This document shows, piece by piece, positions 22,101 through 32,887 of a DNA stretch of 64,000 bases. Source of the stretch: an uncultured Gammaproteobacteria bacterium (GTDB taxonomy: Bacteria > Pseudomonadota > Gammaproteobacteria > Arenicellales > JAANXG01); assembly GCA_947259175.1 (NCBI GenBank), contig CAMYKW010000005.1:1732-65731 (forward strand). The letters are read 5' to 3'. Numbering within the stretch: position 1 is the first letter of the stretch; each line of letters begins with the position of its first letter. Made by a program: the position numbers and the translations under genes. A model generated the notes under the pieces. The model made no database searches, was not told where the DNA came from, and saw only the letters and a program-made list of their open reading frames with translations.

Positions 22101-22827
22101 CCAGCTCGACATCGATGGTGCCGCCCCACTCGCGGCGCACCGGTGCGCCGGTAAGCTGGGCGGTGATTTGAATATTGGCGCACACCGGCTCGGGGCAGCG
22201 CGCAGTGCCTCTGAACTGATGCGCGTCGCCCAGATTTACGAAGTTCATGTTTATCGAAGACAATTCCAGGAATCCCGCGGTGTCGCGCTCGTCGCGCCAG
22301 ATGAGTGTCCCGTTCTCCACGCGCAGGTCATGCTGCCGAAACAGCCAGTGCAAATATCCCAACTCCTGTTCTGCTTCCGCGTGGCCGGCCGCCAGATCGC
22401 CGATCCGTACGCCCCCCTCCCGGGTGCGGAATAATTCAACAGTCGGCGACACCAGCGTGAAACGTTCGAAAACAAGGTCGCCCACCAGCAGGCTCCACGG
22501 ATTCACTTGCACCTGAATGCCACCGATGCGCAGGGACGAATGGACGCCGGTCTTGCGGCGTACCCGCAATCCTCCGGCCTTGAACGACGGTGACCAACCG
22601 TCCCAGCGCGCCTCGAGCCGCTGAATCAGCACCGGCCTGCCGAGTTGATCCGTCAAGTAGGCCTCGATGCGGGCCTTGTGATCGGCCAGATTCGGCCACC
22701 AGGCGCGCAGCCCGACCAGCGCCGCGACAGCAAGCAACAACAATACGCCGGCGGCGTACAGCGAATACCTGAGGACGCGGACGGTGGCCCGAATCACGCG
22801 CTGACCCCGGCGCCGGAATCGGCGCAA
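19066..22827 (-). CDS. yhdP: YhdP/AsmA-like phospholipid bridge protein, C-terminus apparently replaced by repeat sequence
   Basis: 1253 aa, N-terminal TM anchor, RRLTFDFSDVFAKG motif, rng-yhdP-nitrilase-tldD synteny; last ~29 codons and stop lie in the repeat. Confidence 0.88.
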   Translation of the reverse strand: MRRFRRRGQRVIRATVRVLRYSLYAAGVLLLLAVAALVGLRAWWPNLADHKARIEAYLTDQLGRPVLIQRLEARWDGWSPSFKAGGLRVRRKTGVHSSLRIGGIQVQVNPWSLLVGDLVFERFTLVSPTVELFRTREGGVRIGDLAAGHAEAEQELGYLHWLFRQHDLRVENGTLIWRDERDTAGFLELSSINMNFVNLGDAHQFRGTARCPEPVCANIQITAQLTGAPVRREWGGTIDVELDQVNLGNAPLVVHEMLPRLVRGELNTRISTNWQQGKLVAARAHAALGAAELFLRKDAPLRLIDAVSTDLSWSRTEDGWNLQLSNPSLSFDDFDLALDKVDVSRAGARTEIKGENLALHNLLRVALSIFGEQGWSGILQAADPKAHLRQIAVNVLGPLATPVGVWLETEFTDVDTQPVAKWPGLRGIDGRLSIGIHGGFLTIDGSDGEITWPHQFDQPLRMDALQLQAIWARAPNGWEIAVPNLEVRNEDVAVTKGTGKLLLSGDAPYVDFQAEIPRVDVSRVPRYLPKSMPDKAERWLSRALVAGHGSGGRIQWRGSVDRFPFTAGDGEFNAQVKVNDGKLDYGNRWPPVSQIEADLVFNNASLRVTNATGSVMNSRIRSATALAENLYRRERTIKLDGVLEAKVGDAVDFLRKGPFIKEKDKVMDVAGSGDGEMRLQLMLPLSQLKQSRVEGEYLIQDGVLSWPKRMDIDEIQGTVRFTEDSVSGEGLSARVLQGPMKLDVKTVQPRKPPIFAVDAEGEVDVKRLSAIIGERLVAPLHGPAKWSGRLTVDRSNADLELNSELIGVRADLPPPLGKSADTPMPLTTRIRFAGADRRDVDFDVNRLLTGVLAFNAVDRRWRFLGGDLLLGPGTASLPAARELRFYATADALDVDAWLEVLLREPDVGVDADSESMIDALRRVTLDVDKLNFLERDFGAVTMRAVSEDGHNWEAELDGAAVEGTAQARLGSQQPWYDLELSRLYWPRSEQPAETATDSDREVLPAVTARVRTFRFDTSSLGSLDFEALPAADGWRIAKFRSEQPALLIEADGLWRRTAAGQRTELNVKAGSNDLGKAMAALSLPEQVAGGQADLELAAEWDGAPGAFSFDKLNGAFDFSARKGSFIKVEPGSGRLFGLFNVEALMRRLTFDFSDVFAKGLVFDSINATGTLENGDMFTDGFFVIGPAALIELRGRSGLAKEDYDMEITVAPQLGANLSLLSALALHSTHSSLWVSLQARRAAARALRQHPGSW

Positions 22828-23053
22828 CGGCGCGGTGACGTCGGTGCTACGCGTCGATCACAGGCGCAAACCGATGAACGCCCCCGGGCGTCAACGCCCC
22901 GACGACCGTGATCGCCGCCATTTGTCTGTTCAAAGATAACTTCCATCAGCCTGAAATGTACTCGCAGCGAACTTAGCCTAGGCTTGCAATACGCGCCTCG
23001 AGGCCGGCGCCGGACGATGGTGTCCGGACGCAATAATTCCCGAGTATTTATCA

Positions 23054-23248
23054 ATGATGATGCCGCAGAAAGACGCCTTTGCACAGGTTCTTTGTGATCT
23101 TGCTGTCAGTATCGAGATTTCGAAACAGCTGGAGTCTGAGCTCGACCTGTTGAGACGGATTGCCGTTAGCGGAAGTGGTCAGGAATATATTACCACCCCT
23201 CATGATCTTCATCTGATCAGCGCCTTTCGGAAACCGACCTTCATCTAG
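23054..23248 (+). CDS. Small hypothetical protein
   Basis: 64-aa ORF filling a lower-GC gap between rng and yhdP without overlap; protein-like composition. Confidence 0.45.
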   Translation: MMMPQKDAFAQVLCDLAVSIEISKQLESELDLLRRIAVSGSGQEYITTPHDLHLISAFRKPTFI

Positions 23249-23270
23249 CCCGCAAAGTTCGCCGGGGCGT

Positions 23271-24749
23271 TTACAGCAGCACCACATCGTATTCTTCCTG
23301 TTGGTAGGTTGCTTCAACCTGCAGATGAACGGGTGTGTCTATGAATCCCTGCAAATCGGCGAGCGTCGTCGCCTCCTCGTCGAGTAACATGTCGGAAACG
23401 ATCTGAGAGGCAATAATCAGAAACTCCTTGGCGTCAAACTGCCTGGATTCGCGCAGAATCTCGCGGAAGATCTCGTAGCAAACCGTCTGCGGCGTTTTCA
23501 ACACACCACGCCCATCGCACACGCTGCACGGCTCGCACAATGTCAGTTCGAGACTCTCCCGCGTGCGTTTTCGCGTCACCTCCACCAGGCCCAACGGCGA
23601 CATGTGGGTTACAAATGTCTTGGTTCGATCCCGCGCCAGGGATTTTTCCAGCGCGCGCATCACCTGGCGCCGGTGTTCCGCGTCTTTCATATCGATGAAA
23701 TCGATAATGATGATGCCGCCGATATTTCGCAATCGCAGCTGCCTGGCAATCACCTGCGCGGCTTCCAGGTTGGTCTTGAACAGGGTCTCTTCCAGATTGC
23801 GCCGGCCGATATAGGCGCCGGTATTGACGTCGATGGTGGTCATTGCTTCGGTGCGGTCAATGACCAGATGGCCGCCGGATTTTATCGGCACTTTGCGATC
23901 CAGTGCGCGCTTGATCTCATCCTCGACGGAATACAGATCGAATATCGGCCGCTCGCCGGGATAGTACTCGATCCGATCGACGACTTCCGGTATGAGATCC
24001 TTTGCGAAGTTGATGGCTTTATTGTATGTCTCCCGGGAATCGATGCGCACTTTTTGCACGTCGCTGCGCACGACGTCGCGCATGGTCCGCATCGCCAGCG
24101 GGATGTCTTCGTGAATCAGACCGGGCGCGACAACGGTTTCAATCCGCTGCTGAAGGCGCTGCCACACCTTTTGCAGAAAATTGACGTCCAGCCGCAACTC
24201 TTCTTCGGCGGCGGACTCCGCCGCCGTACGCACGATGACGCCGCCTTGTTGAATTTCGTTCTCGAAAATCTGTGCGACGGTCTGTCGCAACCGCTCGCGG
24301 TCCTCCGGGTCCTCGATTTTCTGGGACACCCCGAAATGTTGGCCGTAGGGCATGTACACCAGGAACCGCGCGGGTATGCTGATTTGGGTCGTCAAGCGCG
24401 CACCCTTGGATCCCAGCGGGTCCTTCAGAACTTGAACCACGACCTCTTCACCGTCCGCCAACAGGCTGTGTATGGGTTCGCTGTGACCGGTATCAAGTTC
24501 GCCGTTGTCGTTCTCGTCGCCGCGGTGCATGATGTCCGAGGCGTGTAGAAACGCGGTGCGCTCCAGACCAATGTCGATGAACGCCGCCTGCATGCCGGGC
24601 AACACGCGCACCACGCGGCCTTTGTAGATATTGCCGACGATACCGCGGTATTTGACGCGCTCGATCTGCACTTCCTGCAGCACGCCATTTTCAACCGTCG
24701 CGACGCGGGTCTCCTGCGGGGTGATGTTGATTAACACCTCTTCGCTCAT
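23271..24749 (-). CDS. rng: Ribonuclease G
   Basis: GNIYKGRV S1 domain, IDVNTG, IIIDFIDM, CSVC/C zinc link; 492 aa. Confidence 0.97.
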   Translation of the reverse strand: MSEEVLINITPQETRVATVENGVLQEVQIERVKYRGIVGNIYKGRVVRVLPGMQAAFIDIGLERTAFLHASDIMHRGDENDNGELDTGHSEPIHSLLADGEEVVVQVLKDPLGSKGARLTTQISIPARFLVYMPYGQHFGVSQKIEDPEDRERLRQTVAQIFENEIQQGGVIVRTAAESAAEEELRLDVNFLQKVWQRLQQRIETVVAPGLIHEDIPLAMRTMRDVVRSDVQKVRIDSRETYNKAINFAKDLIPEVVDRIEYYPGERPIFDLYSVEDEIKRALDRKVPIKSGGHLVIDRTEAMTTIDVNTGAYIGRRNLEETLFKTNLEAAQVIARQLRLRNIGGIIIIDFIDMKDAEHRRQVMRALEKSLARDRTKTFVTHMSPLGLVEVTRKRTRESLELTLCEPCSVCDGRGVLKTPQTVCYEIFREILRESRQFDAKEFLIIASQIVSDMLLDEEATTLADLQGFIDTPVHLQVEATYQQEEYDVVLL

Positions 24750-25372
24750 ATCCAGTCGATGCCCGCGATGTCCAGCAACATTCGAAGCTCAAACATGGGC
24801 AGACCCACCACCCCGGTGTAGCTGCCCTCCAGGTGCTCGACAAAGCCGCTCGCCAGCCCCTGTATCGCATAGGCACCGGCCTTGTCCAACGGCTCCGACG
24901 TGCGGCAATAGCGTTGAATTTCTTCGTCGCTCAAGATCTTGAACTTGACGTGACTGCGGCTGACCGCGGACAGCATGTCTTCGCCGCGATATACCACTAC
25001 CGCGGTCAGCACTTCGTGGGAGCGGCCGGACAAGCGCCGCAACATCTGCGTCGCGTGGTCTCGATGCCTGGGCTTACCCAGCACCTTACCATCGATCACA
25101 ACGCAGGTATCCGCGGCGACTATCGGGTAAAGCGGGCCGTTTTGATTATTTAGCGCCGCCGCAGCGTGCCGCGCTTTTTCCTTGGCGAGCCGCAACACGA
25201 ATTTTTCCGGCGGCTCCCCGGGGCGGTGGGTCTCGTCGATGTCGGCGGTGACCACCTCGAAACCAAGGCCCACCGACTGCAACAATTCGTGACGGCGCGG
25301 CGAGGCAGACGCCAGATAGATCTGCACGTCCGCTGGTGATTTCGTTTCCTGTCGTTGTTCCAGTTCAGCCAT
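24746..25372 (-). CDS. maf: Maf family nucleotide pyrophosphatase
   Basis: LASASPRR, ADTCV, DKAGAYAIQG. Confidence 0.95.
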   Translation of the reverse strand: MAELEQRQETKSPADVQIYLASASPRRHELLQSVGLGFEVVTADIDETHRPGEPPEKFVLRLAKEKARHAAAALNNQNGPLYPIVAADTCVVIDGKVLGKPRHRDHATQMLRRLSGRSHEVLTAVVVYRGEDMLSAVSRSHVKFKILSDEEIQRYCRTSEPLDKAGAYAIQGLASGFVEHLEGSYTGVVGLPMFELRMLLDIAGIDWI

Positions 25373-25406
25373 GAGATCAGACCGCGAGCACGCTCAATGC
25401 AGCCGC

Positions 25407-25892
25407 TCAGTTTGCATGCCCCCGATGATAAGGAAGGTTGTTGATGATACTCCATGCCCGGTACAGTTGTTCAGCCACGATAACGCGCGCCAGGGGATGG
25501 GCGAACGTCAGCGCGGACAACGACCACTTGTCCTCCATCTGATCAAGAACCGCGGGAGACAGACCATCGGGCCCACCGATCAACAGCGCGACGTCACGCC
25601 CCTCCGCCATCCATTGGCGCAACCGGCGCGCGACCTGTTCGGTCGAATACTCGCGTCCGCTGCGCTCCAAAACCACACGGCGGCAGTTCTTGGGAACCGC
25701 CGCCAACAGGGCGCCGGATTCCAGTTCTCTCACCCGTTGCGGATCAGAGGTCTTGGTTCTTTTCTGACTGGCCACCTCTACGAGTTGCAGCCGGCACTGG
25801 CGGGGAAATCGCGCCGCGTATTCACGGTACGCGCTGTCCACCCATGGAGGCATACGATTGCCCACCGCGACCAGATAAATCTTCATGGCCAA
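25407..25892 (-). CDS. rlmH: 23S rRNA pseudouridine-1915 N3-methyltransferase
   Basis: IGGPDG, EQLYRA, PYHR. Confidence 0.97.
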   Translation of the reverse strand: MAMKIYLVAVGNRMPPWVDSAYREYAARFPRQCRLQLVEVASQKRTKTSDPQRVRELESGALLAAVPKNCRRVVLERSGREYSTEQVARRLRQWMAEGRDVALLIGGPDGLSPAVLDQMEDKWSLSALTFAHPLARVIVAEQLYRAWSIINNLPYHRGHAN

Positions 25893-25902
25893 TGCTTATG
25901 CG

Positions 25903-26268
25903 TTAATCCTTGTGCGTCTCCCGCTGAGCGAGCACCATTTGCCTGACGTGGTCACCCCACAATCCCTCGAGGTCGTAGAACGATCGATCCTCCGGGTGCA
26001 TTACGTGCACCACCACATCACCGAAATCCAGCAGCACCCATGTGCTTTTTTCCCGGCCTTCCACCCCCAGGGGACGAATATCGTGTTCGCGCAGCGCATC
26101 CAGCACCTTATCGGCGATGGCTTTCACGTGGCGATCCGAAGTACCACTGGATATCAACATGCAGTCGGTGATGTCCGTCAAATCCCGCACATCCATGACC
26201 TGTACGTCGACGGCCTTCATGTCGTGCAATGCCTCCAAAGCGATGTCTTTAATTTGTTCAGACTGCAT
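25903..26268 (-). CDS. rsfS: Ribosome silencing factor
   Basis: MQSEQIK start, SGTSDRHV, WVLLDFGDVVVHVM, FYDLEGLW. Confidence 0.95.
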   Translation of the reverse strand: MQSEQIKDIALEALHDMKAVDVQVMDVRDLTDITDCMLISSGTSDRHVKAIADKVLDALREHDIRPLGVEGREKSTWVLLDFGDVVVHVMHPEDRSFYDLEGLWGDHVRQMVLAQRETHKD

Positions 26269-26917
26269 GTTTTTGCCTCGACTGCGCGGCGCAGCGGTAT
26301 AACCCGTGCTGCCGTATGTAGGACAACACCGCGGCGGGGAGATCGGCGGAGGCGTCACCCTGTGCCGCGATTTTTTCGCGAATGGCCGACGCCGACACAT
26401 CGATGTGCGGCGTGTTGCAGATGAGCACACGGCCTGCGCAAGTGCGCTCCAGTTCGCCGGCATCGGCGCTGAACGGGTCCCGGTACCAGCTTGGGGTTAA
26501 TGCGGACACCGGGGAGCCGGTTCTGGGCAATACAAGCAAATGGCTCAATGCCAGGATCTGCTGCCAGCAAAACCAGGCATTCATACCGAGAAACGCATCG
26601 GCGCCGAGTATCAGCGCCATCGGCTGCCGCCCCAGTTCCGCGCGCAGCGAGCGCAGCGTCCATAACATGTACGACGGGCCGCGGCGCTGCTGTTCGCGCC
26701 CGTCCTCGGTAAACCCGGGCTGGTCGGCAAGCGCCAGGCTCAGCATCTGCGCGCGATGAGAGACGGAAGCGGCCGGGGGCGCGCGATGCGGCGGGCGGGC
26801 GCTGAGCACATAGCGCACGTGGTCCAGTCCCAGGGTATCGTACAAGTGACGGGTAACTTCAAGGTGCCCGCGATGAACCGGATCGAAGGTCCCGCCGAAG
26901 ATCCCGACGATCCTCAA
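26258..26917 (-). CDS. nadD: Nicotinate-nucleotide adenylyltransferase
   Basis: GGTFDPVHRGH, ILGAD, VSASAIR. Confidence 0.94.
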   Translation of the reverse strand: MRIVGIFGGTFDPVHRGHLEVTRHLYDTLGLDHVRYVLSARPPHRAPPAASVSHRAQMLSLALADQPGFTEDGREQQRRGPSYMLWTLRSLRAELGRQPMALILGADAFLGMNAWFCWQQILALSHLLVLPRTGSPVSALTPSWYRDPFSADAGELERTCAGRVLICNTPHIDVSASAIREKIAAQGDASADLPAAVLSYIRQHGLYRCAAQSRQKHAV

Positions 26918-26968
26918 ACTGCGACCCCGTTCAATGCGTCACCCTCGAGGCGCGCAAGCCGTTGTGCA

Positions 26969-28246
26969 TTACTTGCGTATATGACCGTCTCCGACGACGA
27001 TGAATTTTTGCGTTGTCAATCCTTCAAGTCCCACCGGTCCGCGCGCATGCAGCTTGTCGGTGCTGATGCCGATTTCGGCGCCCAGTCCGTATTCGAAGCC
27101 GTCCGCGAAGCGCGTCGAGGCGTTGACCATTACCGAACTCGAGTCGACCTCGGCGAGAAAACGGCGCGCCGTGGTGATATTTTCGGTGATGATGGCATCG
27201 GTGTGTTGCGACCCATAGCGATGGATGTGGTCGATCGCCGCATTGAGGTCGGACACAACCCGGATCGACAAAATCGGCGCCAGATATTCCGTGCTCCAAT
27301 CCTCTTCGCTGGCGGGACTCACCTCGCTGACGAAGTTCGCGGTGCGCGGGCATCCGCGCAGCTCTACGCCGGCATCGGCATACATCGGCGCCAGAATTCC
27401 CAGGACCTGCTGCGCCACCGGTTCGGCAACCAACAGCGTCTCCATGGTGTTACAGGTACCGTAACGCTGCGTCTTGGCGTTGTACGCGACGGCGACCGCC
27501 TTATCGATATCGGCGTGTTCATCGATGTATACGTGACACACGCCGTGCAGGTGCTTGATCACCGGAATCGTGGATTCCCGGGTGATGCGTTCGATTAATC
27601 CTTTCCCTCCCCGCGGAATGATGACATCCACGTACTCAGGCATACGCAGCAGTTCGCCCACCGCCTCACGGTCGGCGATTTCCACCACCTGCACCGCGTG
27701 CTCGGGCAATGCGTTTTCCACCAGCGCCCGCGCAATACATTGAGCGATGGCCACGTTTGAATGAATCGCCTCGGAACCGCCGCGTAACACCGCCGCGTTT
27801 CCAGCCTTCAAGCACAGGCCGGCGGCATCGGCGGTGACATTGGGACGCGACTCGTAGACGATGCCGATGACGCCCAAGGGCACGCGCATACGCCCGACTT
27901 GAATACCCGAAGGCCGATAGTTCATATCCGACACCGATCCCACCGGATCGGGCAGCGCGACGATTTGACGCAGCCCCTCCGCCATCGCGGCTATCCGGCC
28001 GCTGGTGAGTTCGAGCCGATCCAGCAACGCATCCTCCAATCCCGTCCGCCGGGCATTTTCGAGATCCCGGTGATTGGCTCTGGTCAAGGACTCCCGGCCA
28101 TGCTCGATATGATCGGCGATCGCCAGCAATGCGGAATTTTTCACCCCGGTATCGGCGTGCGCCATGCGACGTGCCGCTTCGCGGGCGCGTCGACCCAGTC
28201 CCTGCATGTAGGCGTTAATATTGTGCTCGGGTTGTACTTGTGACAT
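26969..28246 (-). CDS. proA: Gamma-glutamyl phosphate reductase
   Basis: [25 protein letters not shown]; start refined to MSQVQ. Confidence 0.97.
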   Translation of the reverse strand: MSQVQPEHNINAYMQGLGRRAREAARRMAHADTGVKNSALLAIADHIEHGRESLTRANHRDLENARRTGLEDALLDRLELTSGRIAAMAEGLRQIVALPDPVGSVSDMNYRPSGIQVGRMRVPLGVIGIVYESRPNVTADAAGLCLKAGNAAVLRGGSEAIHSNVAIAQCIARALVENALPEHAVQVVEIADREAVGELLRMPEYVDVIIPRGGKGLIERITRESTIPVIKHLHGVCHVYIDEHADIDKAVAVAYNAKTQRYGTCNTMETLLVAEPVAQQVLGILAPMYADAGVELRGCPRTANFVSEVSPASEEDWSTEYLAPILSIRVVSDLNAAIDHIHRYGSQHTDAIITENITTARRFLAEVDSSSVMVNASTRFADGFEYGLGAEIGISTDKLHARGPVGLEGLTTQKFIVVGDGHIRK

Positions 28247-28251
28247 GCACC

Positions 28252-29283
28252 TCAACCTGATTGCGCGGCGGTCACGGTTTTCACGCCACCGAGGGTTAAA
28301 CAGATACGTTCCAGCGACCACCAGACGTCGCCATCCGCCCGGCCTTTCGCAACGCGGTCCGCGTCGGCCGCCTGCTGCAACAGGCTCCGCCAAGCGGACA
28401 CATTGAGGCGTTTGAGCGCCTCGGTGACGACGGCGTTGCGCCGGGCCCAGATATTATAAGCGCGAAACAGCTGGGCGCGGGATTGGCCGCTCGCCAAGCC
28501 CGCCGCCAGCTGCGCCATCACCCGGATTTCCCGGGTCAGGGCCCAATTCACCAACACCGGCTCCGCCCCTTCCCCACGCAGTGAGTGCAACATGCGCACC
28601 GCTTTGGGGGTGTCGCCCGACAAACACACATCCACGAACGCATAGACATCGAACCGGGCGTGATCACCGATACTCGACATGATGCGGTCCGCCGACAGCC
28701 GCCCGTCCGTGCACAGCAATGCCAGTTTATCGATCTCCTGGGCGGCCGCTAACAGGTTGCCCTCCAGATAATGGCAAAGCAACTGGACCACTTCGGCATC
28801 CGCGCGCAACCCGCGGGAATCGAGGCGCGCGCGTATCCATCCGGGCAACCGGTCCGGCCCGATCGCGCGGTGCTCGATAATCACGCCGCACTTGTCGATG
28901 GCCTTGACCCAGCGGCTTTGTTTGACACGCGCTTCCAGGCGGCCGGCAATGATGAGCAACGCCGCGTCCGCAGACGGACGCTCGCAAAACCCGGCAATAG
29001 CGCGGGCGCCGGGTTCACCGGGACGTCCAGACGGCAGGCGCAGCTCGAGCAGTTTACGGCTGGCAAACAGAGACAGGGACTGGGCGTGTTCGTGCAGTTG
29101 ATTCCAGTCGAAACCCGGTTCCGCGGATAGACGGATGCGTTCCTCGAAGCCGTGCTTGGCGGCGAGTTTGCGCATCGCGTCATAGGACTCCTCGATCAAC
29201 AGCGGTTCATCGCCGTGCAGCAACGTCACCGCCGGCAATTCCCTCGCCAAGCGCTGTTGAAGCTGGTCAGAAGTGATTCGCAA
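28252..29283 (-). CDS. holA: DNA polymerase III delta subunit
   Basis: [27 protein letters not shown]; leuS-lptE-holA synteny. Confidence 0.95.
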   Translation of the reverse strand: MRITSDQLQQRLARELPAVTLLHGDEPLLIEESYDAMRKLAAKHGFEERIRLSAEPGFDWNQLHEHAQSLSLFASRKLLELRLPSGRPGEPGARAIAGFCERPSADAALLIIAGRLEARVKQSRWVKAIDKCGVIIEHRAIGPDRLPGWIRARLDSRGLRADAEVVQLLCHYLEGNLLAAAQEIDKLALLCTDGRLSADRIMSSIGDHARFDVYAFVDVCLSGDTPKAVRMLHSLRGEGAEPVLVNWALTREIRVMAQLAAGLASGQSRAQLFRAYNIWARRNAVVTEALKRLNVSAWRSLLQQAADADRVAKGRADGDVWWSLERICLTLGGVKTVTAAQSG

Positions 29284-29319
29284 TGCGTTGCGTTGGCGAC
29301 GGCGGCGCGTATCGCGCCA

Positions 29320-29868
29320 TCAGGCGTGCGCGGGCGACGAACCGCCGGGATCCCGGGCGGCGCGTTTTACCGGTGTGTCACGGCTCGCGATGGTCGATAA
29401 CTGGCGAATAATGCGTTGCGCCATGTCCCGGGTCATATCCTCACGCAGCACGCGCTCTTCGTTCTCCGTCTGCAGCAACTGACTGCTGTCGAAGTTGAAG
29501 TCGCGCTCCAACCGCAGCGGTTTGGATGTCCGCAGCTCGGTGCCGTCCTGACCGGTTACCGTGTAGCGGACGCTGTACACCAGCCGGTAGCCGTTGACCT
29601 TGCCCCGGGTGTCCAGGGTGCGTACCTTGCGCTCGTAAGAAACGTCGTGCAGCTTGAGCACGCTTCTGGCCGTCGCGGGATTGCCGACCACCGACGCCCC
29701 GGCGCCCTCCAGGGCCTCTATCATCTCCTGCCGCAAACTGCTGTCGCTGCTCTCTACCGCGATCAACAACAGCTTTTCCGACAGCGGCAGATTACCGCGT
29801 AAATGGAACCCGCATCCGCTGATTAGAATGCCGACACATAAACCTACAGCGATAGAGCGCATAACCAT
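29320..29868 (-). CDS. lptE: LPS assembly lipoprotein
   Basis: ISGCGFHLRG lipobox; synteny. Confidence 0.93.
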   Translation of the reverse strand: MVMRSIAVGLCVGILISGCGFHLRGNLPLSEKLLLIAVESSDSSLRQEMIEALEGAGASVVGNPATARSVLKLHDVSYERKVRTLDTRGKVNGYRLVYSVRYTVTGQDGTELRTSKPLRLERDFNFDSSQLLQTENEERVLREDMTRDMAQRIIRQLSTIASRDTPVKRAARDPGGSSPAHA

Positions 29869-29927
29869 AAATCAATACCGAATTGTCAATTTTGAGGGAT
29901 GAGTGGAGATTATAAACGGCTTAACGT

Positions 29928-32405
29928 TTAGCCCACCACCAAATTCACCAATTTACCCGGCACGACAATCAGTTTTCTCAAGGTCTTGCCGCCCACATGA
30001 CGCTGAATCTTGTCATTAGCGAGCGCGGCGTCACGGATTGCGTCCTCCGTCGCGTCCGCCGCCACCTCGATGTGGCCGCGCAACTTGCCGTTGACCTGCA
30101 CCACCAGCCGCACCGTATCGCTGACCAAGGCTTGCTCGTCGAGCTGCGGCCAGGGGGCATCGATAATCGGATCCGGCTCACCGAATCCGCGCCACAGCGC
30201 ATGCGTGATATGCGGCACGATAGGCGCCAGCACCTTGACCAGGGCCACCAGCGCCTCGCGGAGCACCGCGTCGGCGTGGTTATCACCCTCGGGCCACGGG
30301 TGGCGATCCACGGCATTGGTCAACTCCATGCACGCCGCGACGACGGTATTGTATTGGTATCGCGCGTAGTCGTTTTGCGCCCGCGCCAGCATTTTGTGGG
30401 TTTGCGCCCGTAGGTCGCGCAGTCCCGGATCGTCGAGTTCGGCGAAATTGACATCCAGCCGCGACGCCCGGGCTACCGCCTGCTGGTGTCGGTGGCACAA
30501 CGCCCAAAGCCGCCGCAAATAACGGTACGACCCGGCTACCGCGTCGTCGTTCCATTCCAGGGATTGATCCGGGGGCGACGCGAACATGATGAACAATCGC
30601 ACCGTGTCCGCGCCATAGCGGTCGATCATCTCCTGCGGATCGACCGTGTTGCCTTTGGACTTGGACATCTTGGCGCCATCCTTGAGCACCATGCCCTGGG
30701 TGAGAAGATTGGTGAACGGCTCGTCCGACTGGACCAAGCCGACATCGCGCATCAATTTGTGAAAGAACCGGGCGTACAGCAGATGCAGCACCGCATGCTC
30801 GATACCGCCGACATATTGATCCACCGGCAACCAGTAATTCGCCCTGTCGTCCAGCATCACCTGGTCATTGTCGGAACAACAGAACCGTGCGTAATACCAA
30901 GAAGACTCAAAAAACGTATCGAAGGTGTCGGTCTCACGCACCGCCGGCCCGCCGCCATCGGGACAACGGGTGCGGGAAAATTCCGGCATCTGCTTGATCG
31001 GCGAACCCACCCCCTGGAAATCCACGTCTTCCGGCAGCACCACCGGCAACTCGCCGGCGGGCACCGGCACCGCCACGCCGGCTTCATCCGGGCAATTCAC
31101 CATAGGTATCGGGCATCCCCAGTAACGCTGCCGCGATACACCCCAATCGCGCAGACGGTAGTTGACCTTGCGCGCCCCCTTGCCGTGTTGCGCGAGATAC
31201 TCGGCGATGGCGTCGAAAGCCTCCGCCGACGTCAGGCCGTCGAACCGGCCGGAGTTCTTCAACACGCCGTAGTCCTCATAGGCCCCGGTATCGATGTCCA
31301 GCTCCGAACCGTCGCCGGGATAGACCACCGGCAGAATCGGCAGCCGGTATCGGGTGGCAAACTCCCAATCCCGCTGATCATGGCCGGGTACCGCCATCAC
31401 CGCACCGGTGCCGTAGGCCATGAGCACAAAATTCGCGACCCAGATCGGCACCGGCTCGCCGGAAATCGGGTGGATCGCATTGCGGCCCAGCGGCATGCCC
31501 TTTTTTTCTATGGTTTCGATATCGGCTTCCGAGGTGCTGGTCCGCCGGCACTCCTGAATGAACGCCGTCAACTGTGGATTTTTTTCCGCCGCCTCCAAGG
31601 CAAGGGGATGTTCGGCGGCCACCGCCATGTAGGTGACCCCCATGATGGTATCCGGCCGGGTGGTGAAGATGCGCATATCCTGCTCTGCGCCTTCAACGCC
31701 GAAATCGGCCTCCACGCCCTCGGAACGGCCGATCCAGTTACGCTGCATGGCGCGCACCGCTTCCGGCCATCCGGGCAACTCATCGATGTCGTTGAGCAAC
31801 TCCTCCGCGTAGTCGGTGATCTTGACGAACCATTGGGGAATTTCGCGGCGCTCGACAATGGCGCCGGACCGCCATCCGCGCCCGTTGATCACCTGTTCGT
31901 TGGCCAGCACCGTCTGATCCACGGGATCCCAATTGACCTCCGCCTTTTTTTTATAGACCAGTCCCCGGTTGAAGAGCTCGGTGAAAAACCACTGCTCCCA
32001 GCGGTAATATTCCGGTTTACACGTGGTCAGCTCCCGCTCCCAGTCGTATCCGTACCCCAGACGTTTCAGTTGCGCGCGCATGGCATCAATATTGGCGTAC
32101 GTCCACTGGGCTGGAGGGACTTTGTTGTCGATCGCGGCGTTCTCCGCGGGCAATCCAAACGCATCCCAGCCCATCGGCTGCAATACGTTCTTCCCGCACA
32201 TGCGTTGATATCGGCTGATCACATCGCCGATCGTGTAGTTGCGCACGTGGCCCATGTGCAGCCGTCCGGACGGGTACGGGAACATGGACAAGCAATAGAA
32301 CTTCTCGCGGTCCGGGTCCTCTACGGCGCGGAAACTGTGGTTGCTCTCCCAGTCGGCCTGCGCCGAATGCTCGATTTCTTCCGGTTTATAGTGCTCGTCA
32401 ATCAT
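29928..32405 (-). CDS. leuS: Leucine--tRNA ligase
   Basis: HMGH and KMSKS motifs; start refined to MIDEHY. Confidence 0.98.
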   Translation of the reverse strand: MIDEHYKPEEIEHSAQADWESNHSFRAVEDPDREKFYCLSMFPYPSGRLHMGHVRNYTIGDVISRYQRMCGKNVLQPMGWDAFGLPAENAAIDNKVPPAQWTYANIDAMRAQLKRLGYGYDWERELTTCKPEYYRWEQWFFTELFNRGLVYKKKAEVNWDPVDQTVLANEQVINGRGWRSGAIVERREIPQWFVKITDYAEELLNDIDELPGWPEAVRAMQRNWIGRSEGVEADFGVEGAEQDMRIFTTRPDTIMGVTYMAVAAEHPLALEAAEKNPQLTAFIQECRRTSTSEADIETIEKKGMPLGRNAIHPISGEPVPIWVANFVLMAYGTGAVMAVPGHDQRDWEFATRYRLPILPVVYPGDGSELDIDTGAYEDYGVLKNSGRFDGLTSAEAFDAIAEYLAQHGKGARKVNYRLRDWGVSRQRYWGCPIPMVNCPDEAGVAVPVPAGELPVVLPEDVDFQGVGSPIKQMPEFSRTRCPDGGGPAVRETDTFDTFFESSWYYARFCCSDNDQVMLDDRANYWLPVDQYVGGIEHAVLHLLYARFFHKLMRDVGLVQSDEPFTNLLTQGMVLKDGAKMSKSKGNTVDPQEMIDRYGADTVRLFIMFASPPDQSLEWNDDAVAGSYRYLRRLWALCHRHQQAVARASRLDVNFAELDDPGLRDLRAQTHKMLARAQNDYARYQYNTVVAACMELTNAVDRHPWPEGDNHADAVLREALVALVKVLAPIVPHITHALWRGFGEPDPIIDAPWPQLDEQALVSDTVRLVVQVNGKLRGHIEVAADATEDAIRDAALANDKIQRHVGGKTLRKLIVVPGKLVNLVVG

Positions 32406-32413
32406 GGCGGCGT

Positions 32414-32441
32414 ATTGTAGCGGCTCAATCGAGGCCATCAA
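32414..32441 (-). promoter_or_regulatory. Putative sigma70 promoter of leuS
   Basis: TTGATG-16 nt-TACAAT ending 8 nt before the ATG. Confidence 0.4.
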
Positions 32442-32518
32442 CTCCCGGGCGGCCGGTCTTCATGTCCGTGCCGCAACAGACTAGAATTGGCGGCCTTACA
32501 TCATCGCGAGGGCGGCAC

Positions 32519-32887
32519 ATGGTGCGCCATCTCATAGCTTTGCTGTGCCTGGCAGGATTGGCGGCCGGCACCGCGTCGGTGCACGGAATGAAACTGTACA
32601 AGGTGATACAACCGGACGGCACCGTAGTCTACCAGGACAAGCCACCGAAAAAGGGGTCCAAGGCCGAAATCGAGGTCAGGGACATCAATCCCAACGCCAA
32701 TGTGGTGCCGATCGAACAATTTCCCACCGACGGCGAATTCACGGTTCCCGAGGGTCATGCCGGTTCGATTGAGCCGGGCGGTCCCGCGGGGCGAACCCAG
32801 GTAATCCCGTTACCCAGGGATAATTTCGCCGACACCGAGGACCCGGCGGCGACGCCGGCCCCGCAGGCACCGGAGCGCGGACCCTGA
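32519..32887 (+). CDS. DUF4124-like exported protein
   Basis: Signal peptide then LYKVIQPDGTVVYQDKPP. Confidence 0.8.
   Translation: MVRHLIALLCLAGLAAGTASVHGMKLYKVIQPDGTVVYQDKPPKKGSKAEIEVRDINPNANVVPIEQFPTDGEFTVPEGHAGSIEPGGPAGRTQVIPLPRDNFADTEDPAATPAPQAPERGP

Noticed and set aside
30486-32420. 644-aa antisense ORF over leuS, and similar long antisense ORFs over tolB, aspS, gspE, trpD and others
   Set aside because: Shadow ORFs expected from high-GC codon bias opposite well-supported genes; no recognisable motifs
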